Assembly (NCBI GenBank): GCA_903928075.1
Contig: CAIYPD010000115.1
Location: forward strand, 371 to 64,370
From: Candidatus Firestoneibacteriota bacterium
Lineage (GTDB): Bacteria; Oederibacteriota; D2-FULL-39-29
Reading direction: 5' to 3'
DNA: 64,000 nucleotides
In this document: positions 42,630-51,183 of the stretch, piece by piece
Layout: every line of letters starts with the position of its first letter
Numbering within the stretch: position 1 is the first letter of the stretch
Made by a program: the position numbers and the translations under genes
The notes under the pieces: generated by a model
The model's database searches: none
The model's input: only the letters and a program-made list of their open reading frames with translations
What the model was told of the DNA's origin: nothing

Positions 42630-43991
42630 TTAAGTTATTATCGTCTTAATCACATCCCGGATATATCTTGCCCCGGTAACTTCGATTTTCTCTTTTATTG
42701 AAAGTCCTTTCATATTAGATTCGGGAATAATGCATCTGCCAAAACCCAGGCGGGCTGATTCTTTAATACGCTCTACAACCTGGGAGACGGCTCTTATTTC
42801 TCCGCCTAGTCCCACTTCCCCGAAACAAACCGTCTTGGGATCGGTTGCGACATCCCTGATACTTGAAGCAATAGCGACAATAACTCCAAGGTCGGCCGCC
42901 GGCTCATCCACGGTAACCCCGCCCGCAACATTTACAAAAATATCCTGATTGCCGAGATTAAAGCCGCCGCGTTTTTCCAGCACTGCGGCCAGAAGAGTAA
43001 AACGGTTGTAATCCAACCCGCTCGCCCGCCTCTGCGGCATCCCAAAATATGACGGTGAAACCAGTGCCTGTATCTCGACTAAGTACGGCCGGGTCCCTTC
43101 CATGGCGGCTATTATCACCGAGCCGGAAGAATCAGGGGAGCGCTCAGCCAGGAATAACGCTGAAGGATTTTCCACCTCTTTAAGTCCGGACTCCGACATT
43201 TCAAATACCGCTATCTCGTTGGCCGGGCCGAACCTGTTTTTATAGGAGCGTAGTATTCTAAAATTGTGATTTTTGTCGCCTTCAAAATAAAGAACAGTAT
43301 CCACCAGATGCTCAAGCACGCGGGGGCCGGCTATTGCGCCCTCCTTGGTGACATGCCCTACCAGGAAAATAGAAACCCCGCTGCCTTTGCTTATATACAT
43401 TAGTTTCGCCGCATTCTCCCTTACCTGGGAAACGCTCCCCGGGGCGGAAGGAATATCTTCGTTGAACATTGTCTGTATCGAATCTACGATAACTACCCGG
43501 GCTTTGGTTTCGTAAATATGTTTTTCTATCAATTTAATATTGGTTTCCGAGACCAGAAAAATATTTTTAGAGGTGGCCTTTAATCTGTTTGCCCGCATTT
43601 TTATCTGGGAAACAGACTCCTCCCCCGAGATATAAAGGACTGACCCGTATTTTTTACTTAACTCCTCGCACATCTGAAGCACAAGGGTGGACTTACCAAT
43701 GCCCGGTTCGCCGCCGATTAGAACAAGCGAACCCACTACCAGCCCGCCGCCAAGCACCTTATCCAATTCTTTAAGTCCCGTGGAATACCTGTCTTCTTCA
43801 CGGCTTTCCACATCGGATATAGCCGAAACCTTGCTCACTTTGCCGGCCTCAAATGTGTATTTCTGGCTCTTTGCTGTTACCGCCTTTTCTTCAACAAAGG
43901 AGTTCCAGCTGTTGCACTCGGAACATTTTCCCAGCCATTTTGCCGACTCATAGCCGCAATGCTGACAAACAAATCTGCTTTTTTCTTTCAT
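42630..43991 (-). CDS. radA: DNA repair protein RadA/Sms
   Basis: An N-terminal Zn ribbon (CQHCGYESAKWLGKCSECNSWNS), the Walker A motif GGEPGIGKST, the KNRFG motif and a Lon-like C-terminus are all present. Confidence 0.95.
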   Translation of the reverse strand: MKEKSRFVCQHCGYESAKWLGKCSECNSWNSFVEEKAVTAKSQKYTFEAGKVSKVSAISDVESREEDRYSTGLKELDKVLGGGLVVGSLVLIGGEPGIGKSTLVLQMCEELSKKYGSVLYISGEESVSQIKMRANRLKATSKNIFLVSETNIKLIEKHIYETKARVVIVDSIQTMFNEDIPSAPGSVSQVRENAAKLMYISKGSGVSIFLVGHVTKEGAIAGPRVLEHLVDTVLYFEGDKNHNFRILRSYKNRFGPANEIAVFEMSESGLKEVENPSALFLAERSPDSSGSVIIAAMEGTRPYLVEIQALVSPSYFGMPQRRASGLDYNRFTLLAAVLEKRGGFNLGNQDIFVNVAGGVTVDEPAADLGVIVAIASSIRDVATDPKTVCFGEVGLGGEIRAVSQVVERIKESARLGFGRCIIPESNMKGLSIKEKIEVTGARYIRDVIKTIIT

Positions 43992-44020
43992 AATATTCCT
44001 TCACTACCTTTTATTTTTTT

Positions 44021-44059
44021 CCTTGTACCTCGTACCTTGTGCTTTGTCTCTGTTCTCAC
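44021..44059 (-). repeat. purine-rich (sense strand) degenerate array after the mlaD stop
   Basis: On the minus strand it reads ...caaagcacaaggtacgaggtacaagg. Confidence 0.6.
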
Positions 44060-44946
44060 TTCTTCCATAACAACTTCCAGGGATTGTCTTTAACATCTTT
44101 CACCATGGCTTTCAGGTCTTCCGCCATTTTTTTATCGTTGATTAAGAGCGCCAGCGTCCCCTCGCCCTTGTCTATTTTTTTCGCCGCCGAATCAAGCGCG
44201 GTAACCGTCTCGTCAAGTTTCAGTGAAACTTTACCCAGGTTGTCCAGCGTTCCCGGCAAATCACTTTTGTTTACATTTTTCACAATAGCATTAAGCTGGG
44301 CCGTCAGTTCTTTCAGACTGGTCGTCGCGGCAGACAATTCCTGCGAGGTTTTCTCAAAATTCTCCATCGACCTGTTAATAGCCGGCTTATTTTTATCCAT
44401 TATATCTTTTGTAACTTTCGTAAGTTCGTTGACATTTTGCACGGAACCGAGCAGTGAGCTCTGAACCCCTCCGACTATTTTATTGAGCGCCATCAGCACA
44501 TCTTTTAATTCTGCCGAAGCCTGGGACATACTTTCAAGCGCGGAATCAATACCCCCGGAACTCTTACCGTAGAGCGTTTCTCCGGGCTCCAGATACGGGG
44601 CGTTTTCAGTGCCCCCGGCAACATTAATAAACTTCTCGCCCATAACGCCGGTCGAAGAAACAGAGATGTAGGAATCCTTCCGGATACGCTCATTTTTCTT
44701 AATAAAAAGTTCAACATTTATCTTGTTATCTTTTAAGGTAAGCCGGCGCACACGGCCGAGATCCACGCCGCCCCCATATTTTACCTTAGAACGGGCTTTT
44801 AGGTCCGGCGCCGAATCAAAAATAACATTTACGGTGTAACCCGGCTGAAAAATCGTAAAGCCGCCGATATAAACCGTGCCGGTAAGCAAAATCGCTCCCG
44901 CCAAAGTCGCAAAAATCCCGACTTTTATTTCATTAGATAAAGCCAT
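44056..44946 (-). CDS. mlaD: MCE-family protein MlaD
   Basis: An N-terminal TM helix, an MCE domain and a C-terminal coiled region. It lies downstream of mlaF and mlaE. Confidence 0.85.
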   Translation of the reverse strand: MALSNEIKVGIFATLAGAILLTGTVYIGGFTIFQPGYTVNVIFDSAPDLKARSKVKYGGGVDLGRVRRLTLKDNKINVELFIKKNERIRKDSYISVSSTGVMGEKFINVAGGTENAPYLEPGETLYGKSSGGIDSALESMSQASAELKDVLMALNKIVGGVQSSLLGSVQNVNELTKVTKDIMDKNKPAINRSMENFEKTSQELSAATTSLKELTAQLNAIVKNVNKSDLPGTLDNLGKVSLKLDETVTALDSAAKKIDKGEGTLALLINDKKMAEDLKAMVKDVKDNPWKLLWKK

Positions 44947-44991
44947 ATCTTTTCCTCCCTAAGAACAATTCCATAGAATCAAACAATATTT

Positions 44992-45111
44992 GTCTATAAA
45001 GTCTGCCAAGGTCTATAAAAGTCTTAAACTAAAGTAGTATTATCTTTTACTAGGTCCCTACTTTTACAGACCATTATGAACCTTTATAGACTTTTATGGA
45101 CCTGTAATTTT
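44992..45111. repeat. inverted pair of degenerate 9-10-nt arrays in the mlaF-mlaD spacer
   Basis: The left arm reads gtctataaagtctgccaaggtctataaaagtc. The right arm reads ttttacagaccattatgaacctttatagacttttatggacc. The arms are partly complementary. Confidence 0.6.
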
Positions 45112-45159
45112 GCGGAACCTTTATTTTGCCATGTCAAATGACTTATTTTGTAGATATAA

Positions 45160-45909
45160 TCATCCCAACACCTGAATCGGACCTTTCGAACTACCGCTTA
45201 TAAACTGCCTCACCGTCGCGTTATTTGTGTTTTGAATTTCGGCCGGGGTCCCCTCTTCTATTATTTTACCGTCATACATCATCGCTATCTTATCCCCTAT
45301 ATGATAGGCGCTCTTCATATCGTGGGTGACCACCACGCTTGTTATCTTAAGTTTTTGCTGCAAACTCACTATTAATTCATTGATAGTATCTGACATTATT
45401 GGATCCAGCCCGGTCGTTGGCTCATCATAAAGTATTATCTCCGGATCCATGGCTATTGCTCTGGCCAGACCTACCCGTTTTTTCATACCGCCGGAGAGTT
45501 CCGCCGGTTTTTTTTCTTCAACATTTTCAAGGCCGACAAGGGCAAGTTTCTCCTTTACGATATTTCTTATCTCTACGGGACTCTTTTTGGTAAATCTCTC
45601 AAGCGCAAAGCCGACATTTTCGGCTACCGTGAGAGAATCAAAAAGCGCGGCTCCCTGAAAAAGCATACCAAAATGCCTTCGGGCCTCATCGAGTTCTTTG
45701 CTGTTAAGTTTTGCAATATCCCGGTCTTTAATAAAAATACTCCCGGCATCAGGTTTAAGCAGTCCTATCATATGTTTAAGTAATACACTCTTGCCGCAAC
45801 CGCTCCGGCCTATAATAACAACGGTCTTTTTATCGGGTATCTCAAGACTTAGCCCGTTTATAACCTGCTGAGCCCCGAAACTTTTTGTAATATTGCTTAA
45901 CTTTATCAT
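45160..45909 (-). CDS. mlaF: ABC transporter ATP-binding protein MlaF
   Basis: Walker A GRSGCGKS, signature LSGGMKKRV and Walker B ILYDEPT. Confidence 0.9.
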   Translation of the reverse strand: MIKLSNITKSFGAQQVINGLSLEIPDKKTVVIIGRSGCGKSVLLKHMIGLLKPDAGSIFIKDRDIAKLNSKELDEARRHFGMLFQGAALFDSLTVAENVGFALERFTKKSPVEIRNIVKEKLALVGLENVEEKKPAELSGGMKKRVGLARAIAMDPEIILYDEPTTGLDPIMSDTINELIVSLQQKLKITSVVVTHDMKSAYHIGDKIAMMYDGKIIEEGTPAEIQNTNNATVRQFISGSSKGPIQVLG

Positions 45910-45915
45910 TTCACG

Positions 45916-46695
45916 CTACCAGAGAAACGCGGTCAAAATATAATCGGTGACCAGTATGAGCATCGAAGAAATAACGACGGAGGAGGTGGTAGATTTGCCC
46001 ACGCCTTCCGCCCCGCCTTCAGTTTCAAAGCCTTTTTGACAGCCAACCACGGCAATAATTGCGCCGAAGAAGATAGTTTTAAATAAACCTTTAAAAACAT
46101 CGTCCAGGCGCATATACATATTTAAACTGTCAAAATAACCGGTGGTTGTCCCGTCAAATATATTTAAACTTATAAACAACCCGCCCAGTGTTCCGAGTAA
46201 GTCCGCGTAAATCGTAAGTAACGGCAGCATGAAAATGGCGGAGATAAAACGCGGTACGCCCAGATATTTAACCGGGTTGGTCGCCATTGTTTTTAGAGCA
46301 TCGACCTGTTCGGTGACATTCATAGTCCCGATTTCCGCGGCTATAGCCGAGCCTATTTTCCCCGCCATTACCAGCCCGATAAGTACCGGCGCCAGCTCGC
46401 GGGTCAGCGCCAAAGAAACAATACCTCCGAGCATATTTGCCGCCCCGGAAATTTTTCTTTCAATAGCCGTACCGGTCTGAAGCGCCAGGATCATGCCGGT
46501 CGAAAGCGAGGTTATGGTCACAACACCCAGCGACTTATTGCCGATAAGGACCATCTGCTCAAATATATTTTTACCTTCGGAAGGCTTCTTAAAGGTCCAA
46601 AGCAATATCTGCCCGAAAAGTCCGGTAAATTTTCCGGCTTCGGCGAGAAAGACCATTGTTTTCCTTCCTATGTATTCAAAAATTTTTTTTATCAA
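45916..46695 (-). CDS. mlaE: ABC transporter permease MlaE
   Basis: 259-aa polytopic protein of the MlaE/YrbE family, adjacent to mlaF. Confidence 0.9.
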   Translation of the reverse strand: MIKKIFEYIGRKTMVFLAEAGKFTGLFGQILLWTFKKPSEGKNIFEQMVLIGNKSLGVVTITSLSTGMILALQTGTAIERKISGAANMLGGIVSLALTRELAPVLIGLVMAGKIGSAIAAEIGTMNVTEQVDALKTMATNPVKYLGVPRFISAIFMLPLLTIYADLLGTLGGLFISLNIFDGTTTGYFDSLNMYMRLDDVFKGLFKTIFFGAIIAVVGCQKGFETEGGAEGVGKSTTSSVVISSMLILVTDYILTAFLW

Positions 46696-47063
46696 AAAAT
46701 ATCCTTGAGCAGTTCTATCTCGGTTTTTCCTTCACTCACGCGTATGCCTATTGCCTCGAATCTTATTTTTTCATTACCCAGTTTATTTTTTGCAATATAA
46801 CACGCTGCCGAGTTCTCTATATGCTCTAACTTTGTTTTATCTATCTTCTCAAAGGGTGATTTTGAGGCGGACTTCTGTATGGTTTTAACCTCGATAAAAC
46901 ACCAGGTATTTTTCTGTTTGGCGATAATGTCTATCTCGCCGTACCGGCATTTGTAGTTACGCTCGATTATCTTATACCCGTTTTTTTTAAGAAATTTGAC
47001 GGCTTCATCTTCACCAAATAAACCTAAAAATTTTTTCCAAAACATTGTCTGTGTATCCTGCAC
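46692..47063 (-). CDS. yraN: YraN-family (UPF0102) endonuclease
   Basis: GEDEAVKFLKKNGYKIIERNYKCRYGEIDIIA...FIEVK motif. Confidence 0.85.
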   Translation of the reverse strand: MQDTQTMFWKKFLGLFGEDEAVKFLKKNGYKIIERNYKCRYGEIDIIAKQKNTWCFIEVKTIQKSASKSPFEKIDKTKLEHIENSAACYIAKNKLGNEKIRFEAIGIRVSEGKTEIELLKDIF

Positions 47064-47659
47064 CTGCCATGTTTTCGAATGGCTTCGATGTGCTCTTTGG
47101 TCCCGTACCCCTTGTGTCTGGCAAAACCATAGACCGGAAATTCTTTATCGTACGCCCTCATTATACCATCTCTTTTTACTTTTGCAATAATTGAAGCGGC
47201 CGCGATAACAAAGGACTTTGCGTCGCCGCCGATAATGGCTTCCTGGGTGTGGGGTATTTTTATCTTGTAGGGCCCGTCTATAAGGACCATTTCGGGAGTT
47301 ACTTTAAGGGAAGTCACGGCGGCTTCCATGGCTCTGTGCGAGGCTTGAAAGATGTTTATTTCGTCTATTATTTTTTCATCCACACTGCCAAAAGAGAAAG
47401 AAAGGGCTTCTTCCATGATTATAGCAGAGAGTATTTCTCTGTTTTTTTCGGTTACTTTTTTGGAGTCATTGAGGCCGGTATAGCGGGAAAGGTCTTTAAG
47501 TTTTTCATAACTGAAGACTACGGCGGCGGCAATAACGGGGCCGGCCAGCGGCCCCCTGCCTACTTCATCAACTCCCGCCAGAACCCTTTTTCCGGACTCA
47601 AAAAGGGAGTTTTCAATTTTAAGTAATTGCTTTAAGCGTTCCTGCTCACTTGGGCGCAT
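47024..47659 (-). CDS. rnhB: ribonuclease HII
   Basis: AGVDEVGRGPLAGPV and NDSKK motifs. Confidence 0.9.
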   Translation of the reverse strand: MRPSEQERLKQLLKIENSLFESGKRVLAGVDEVGRGPLAGPVIAAAVVFSYEKLKDLSRYTGLNDSKKVTEKNREILSAIIMEEALSFSFGSVDEKIIDEINIFQASHRAMEAAVTSLKVTPEMVLIDGPYKIKIPHTQEAIIGGDAKSFVIAAASIIAKVKRDGIMRAYDKEFPVYGFARHKGYGTKEHIEAIRKHGRCRIHRQCFGKNF

Positions 47660-48065
47660 CTGCAGGCAAAGCCGTTGAAGGCGCAGCAGCAGGAGCAGCG
47701 GCAGCTTTAGGTTCTTCCGCCGGTAACGCAGTTAGCGTGAGATCTTCTTTGAGTTTAGAACCTTTACCCACCTTATCGCGGAGATAGAAGAGTTTGGCCC
47801 TTCTCGTCTTACCGCTCTTTAATACCTTTACCGTGGCAACAGCATGCGAGTGAAAAAGGAAGGTTCTTTCAACGCCGATACCGCCGGCCGTCTTCCTGAC
47901 TTTGAAGGTTTTATCAAGGCCGGAACCGCGGATGCTCAACACCAGCCCTTCAAAAGACTGTATCCTTTCCTTGTCGCCTTCTTTAACTCTTACGCCGATT
48001 TTTATTTCGTCGCCCACTCTAAACTCCAGGTGGTCTTTTCTTTTATATTTTTCTTCCCAATTCAT
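47646..48065 (-). CDS. rplS: 50S ribosomal protein L19 with Ala/Pro-rich C-terminal tail
   Basis: FRVGD...RIQSFEGLVLSIRGSG...FKVRK...GVERTF is the L19 signature. The ORF is 139 aa. Confidence 0.9.
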   Translation of the reverse strand: MNWEEKYKRKDHLEFRVGDEIKIGVRVKEGDKERIQSFEGLVLSIRGSGLDKTFKVRKTAGGIGVERTFLFHSHAVATVKVLKSGKTRRAKLFYLRDKVGKGSKLKEDLTLTALPAEEPKAAAAPAAAPSTALPADAPK

Positions 48066-48066
48066 A

Positions 48067-48774
48067 TTAAACTCCCTCCAATTTTCTAACTTCTTTTTTC
48101 GCCGTGCTCTTAAGCAAGTCCGGTCTTATTTTTTTAGTAAGTTTCAGCGCTTCTTCTTTCCGCCAGGCCTCTATCAGCGCGTGGTTGCCGGAAAGCAGAA
48201 CTTCCGGAACTTTTTTTCCCTTGAAAACTGCAGGTCTGGTATAGTGCGGGTAATCGAGGAGATTTTCCATGAAGGATTCGTTCTTTATGGACTCCGCATT
48301 CCCCAGCACGCCGGGGAGCAGTCTCGTGACGGCATCAACAATCGCCATCGCCGGTATTTCTCCGCCGGTCAGAACATAATCGCCGATAGAAACTTCCTCG
48401 TCGACATAGTCCGCAACCCTTCTGTCAAAACCTTCATAGTGCCCGCAAACCAGAATTATATTTTTCTTCTTCGCCAGCTTTTTTGCCATCGCCTGGTCAA
48501 AGGTCTTTCCCGCCGGCGTGAGCAGGATCTTAAAACCTTTTTTCTTTTTTTCCACCGCTTTCAGGCATTTTACTATCGGCTCCACTTTCATTACCATACC
48601 CGCCCCGCCGCCATACGGGGTATCATCGGTATTCTGGTGCCGGCCTTCCGCGTAATCTCTCAAGTTATGAATCTTTACAAGTAACTTTCCTTTCTCTGCG
48701 GCTCTTTTCAAAATACTTGAATCCAGAACCGAGGCAAACATACCGGGAAAGATAGTGACAATATCAAACTGCAT
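48067..48774 (-). CDS. trmD: tRNA (guanine37-N1)-methyltransferase
   Basis: MQFDIVTIFPGMF..., DDTPYGGGAGMV and YTRP motifs. Confidence 0.95.
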   Translation of the reverse strand: MQFDIVTIFPGMFASVLDSSILKRAAEKGKLLVKIHNLRDYAEGRHQNTDDTPYGGGAGMVMKVEPIVKCLKAVEKKKKGFKILLTPAGKTFDQAMAKKLAKKKNIILVCGHYEGFDRRVADYVDEEVSIGDYVLTGGEIPAMAIVDAVTRLLPGVLGNAESIKNESFMENLLDYPHYTRPAVFKGKKVPEVLLSGNHALIEAWRKEEALKLTKKIRPDLLKSTAKKEVRKLEGV

Positions 48775-49013
48775 TAAACAATAGTTTTTGTGTTTTTAAG
48801 CAGCTTTAAAACGGTATTGGAAGGTTTCGCGCCTTTCTTTATCCATTCCATAACCTTTGCACCATCGATAGCTAATTTTTTGTCAAAAGGATTGTAGTTT
48901 CCGAGGATTTCAATATTCCGACCGTCCCGGGGAAAACTATGGTCCGCGACAACTATTCTGTACCTGGGCTTCTTAGTCGTGCCCGTTCTTACCATTCTTA
49001 TTACTGTTGGCAT
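48774..49013 (-). CDS. rpsP: 30S ribosomal protein S16
   Basis: MVRTGTTKKPRYRIVVADHSFPRDGRNIEILGNYNP. Its stop overlaps the trmD start (TAATG). Confidence 0.9.
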   Translation of the reverse strand: MPTVIRMVRTGTTKKPRYRIVVADHSFPRDGRNIEILGNYNPFDKKLAIDGAKVMEWIKKGAKPSNTVLKLLKNTKTIV

Positions 49014-49035
49014 TAAAAATTCCTCCTGACTAAAA

Positions 49036-50172
49036 TTACTTTTCTGCTTGAACAGGCCCGCCCTTAGGGGACGTCCCGTACTTTTTGAAGAATTCTTCCT
49101 TTGCTTCGAGGAACCTGTCTTCTTTTATAGCAGTTTTAATATTAGCTAATAATTTTATCATAAAATAGAGGTTATGTAAAGTGTTGAGTTGCATGGCGGT
49201 GATTTCGCCGGAGCTTATAAGATGTCTGAGATAGGACTTTGAAAAGTTTTTACAGACATAGCAATCACATTCGGGATCTAAGGGGCTTGGGTCACTACTA
49301 TAGGTAGAGTTTCTGATAATTATCCTACCACCGCTTGTATATATGCCCCCGTTCCTGGCAATCCGGGTAGGCATTACACAATCAAACATATCAACGCCTC
49401 TTTCGACCGCCGCCCAGATATCTTCGGGCGTACCCACCCCCATAAGATAGCGGGGCTTGTTTTCCGGCATGAAAGGTTCCACTACATCAATCATCCCGTA
49501 CATCAGGTCTTTGCTTTCCCCGACGGATAAACCACCGATGGCATAGCCGTCAAAGTCTATATCCGTAATTTCTTGCGCGCTTCTTTTGCGAAGATCGGGA
49601 AATACGCTCCCCTGAATAATTCCAAAGAGCGCCCGATCTTTGCTGTCATGCGCGGCTCTGCATCTTTTTGCCCACGCTGTAGTTCTTTCAAGCGCCTTCA
49701 CCGCATAATCTTTATCACAGGGATTCGGCACACACTCATCAAAGGTCATAATAATGTCCGCGCCCAGAATATTTTCTATCTCCATTACTTTTTCCGGGGT
49801 GAAATTATGTTCCGACCCGTCAAGAAAAGACTGAAAGACCACGCCTTCATCCGTAACCTTGCGCAGGCCCTTAAGCGAGAAGACCTGAAACCCGCCGGAG
49901 TCCGTAAGCATCGGCCGGTCCCAGCTGATAAACTTATGAAGCCCGCCGGCTTTTTTAATAACTTCAAGTCCGGGCCTAAGATAAAGATGATAAGTATTCC
50001 CGAGAATGATAGGCGCGCCTATCTCTTTAAGGTCCCGCATAGTCATCGCCTTTACCGTCCCGGTAGTCCCCACCGGCATAAAAACAGGCGTCTCAATATC
50101 CCCGTGCGCCGTATTTATTATCCCGAGCCGGGCCTTAGTATCCTTCGACTTCTTTAAGAGTTTGAAATTCAT
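49036..50172 (-). CDS. tgt: queuine tRNA-ribosyltransferase
   Basis: TPVFMPVGT, LTDSGGFQV and the Zn site CDCYVC...H. Confidence 0.95.
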   Translation of the reverse strand: MNFKLLKKSKDTKARLGIINTAHGDIETPVFMPVGTTGTVKAMTMRDLKEIGAPIILGNTYHLYLRPGLEVIKKAGGLHKFISWDRPMLTDSGGFQVFSLKGLRKVTDEGVVFQSFLDGSEHNFTPEKVMEIENILGADIIMTFDECVPNPCDKDYAVKALERTTAWAKRCRAAHDSKDRALFGIIQGSVFPDLRKRSAQEITDIDFDGYAIGGLSVGESKDLMYGMIDVVEPFMPENKPRYLMGVGTPEDIWAAVERGVDMFDCVMPTRIARNGGIYTSGGRIIIRNSTYSSDPSPLDPECDCYVCKNFSKSYLRHLISSGEITAMQLNTLHNLYFMIKLLANIKTAIKEDRFLEAKEEFFKKYGTSPKGGPVQAEK

Positions 50173-50196
50173 GATGTCCTTTTTGCCGGTTTCATT

Positions 50197-50946
50197 TTAT
50201 TTTGCACCTAATTTTTTAACTCGATACCAGTATTCGTACTCTTCTTTAAATCCTAACTGATTGTATAGAATTTGCGCTGGCATATTATTTTTCATTACTT
50301 GTAAATATGAAGTGTGAGCGCCCTGTTCTTTTGCCCATCGTAGTATCTGTTGAATCAGTTTCTTTCCAAGGCCCTGTCTTCTGCAATTCTCACTTGTTAC
50401 AATATCAAATAGGCCGACGTGTTTGTTCTGCAACACTCCAAGGCCGCATGACACGATCCGTCCTTCTTTATTGCGAATTGAAGCGAAACATTTAGCAGGG
50501 ACGATGTTGCTTAGTATCTTCCCATGCTTCTTTTGGTTTTCTTTATCAACTTTATTCAAGAGGTAAAAAGCTTCCTCCCAGTCTTCCTTCATCTCTGAAG
50601 ACAAAGACACATCGGCTTCTTCCGCAAATTGAAAAATATTTAAATTCAAAAGCTGAACACTGGTTCGAGCTTCATCTATGTATCCTTTTTGAGACAAAAT
50701 CGCATCCAGCTCCGGAGGCTGACAGGCTTTTATCATTTTGAAGATAGTGGGTAATTTTTTACCTGAGTAGATGGTTTCGCATTCTCTAATTTGCTCTTGC
50801 AGATTCCTTTCTGAAGTATAGAGAGGGCTGATAGAATTAGCCCGCCTGGTACAACCATCAGCAAACCGCAACACCCAACCGCCGTATGTCATTGTTTGAA
50901 ATGCTGGCCAGGCATTTATAGATAGTTCTTCAATTTGTCTTATCAT
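50197..50946 (-). CDS. GNAT-family N-acetyltransferase
   Basis: Acetyl-CoA loop RRQGLGKKLIQ. 249 aa. Confidence 0.75.
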   Translation of the reverse strand: MIRQIEELSINAWPAFQTMTYGGWVLRFADGCTRRANSISPLYTSERNLQEQIRECETIYSGKKLPTIFKMIKACQPPELDAILSQKGYIDEARTSVQLLNLNIFQFAEEADVSLSSEMKEDWEEAFYLLNKVDKENQKKHGKILSNIVPAKCFASIRNKEGRIVSCGLGVLQNKHVGLFDIVTSENCRRQGLGKKLIQQILRWAKEQGAHTSYLQVMKNNMPAQILYNQLGFKEEYEYWYRVKKLGAK

Positions 50947-51113
50947 AAGTTATCAATCTCCAAAAAAACAATTAATTGTTTTTGTAAGCCCAATCCTTGC
51001 AACTTTCTCCTAAATCTTTTGCAAGATCCGAAGAGCACTCGCTGTTTTAATGTCACAAATTGTGACCTTGAATGATACTTGTAGTTGCTCAATTTAGGCC
51101 GTTCCGGCGGAAG

Positions 51114-51140
51114 TGAGCGCCTGATGAATCAGGCAACTAC
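51114..51140. repeat. 27-bp palindrome-containing element (inverted copy of 10862-10888)
   Basis: tgagcgcctgatgaatcaggcaactac. Confidence 0.8.
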
Positions 51141-51183
51141 GAACAGCTTTTTGTCTTGCCACACTGAATCTTGAAGTCACAGC

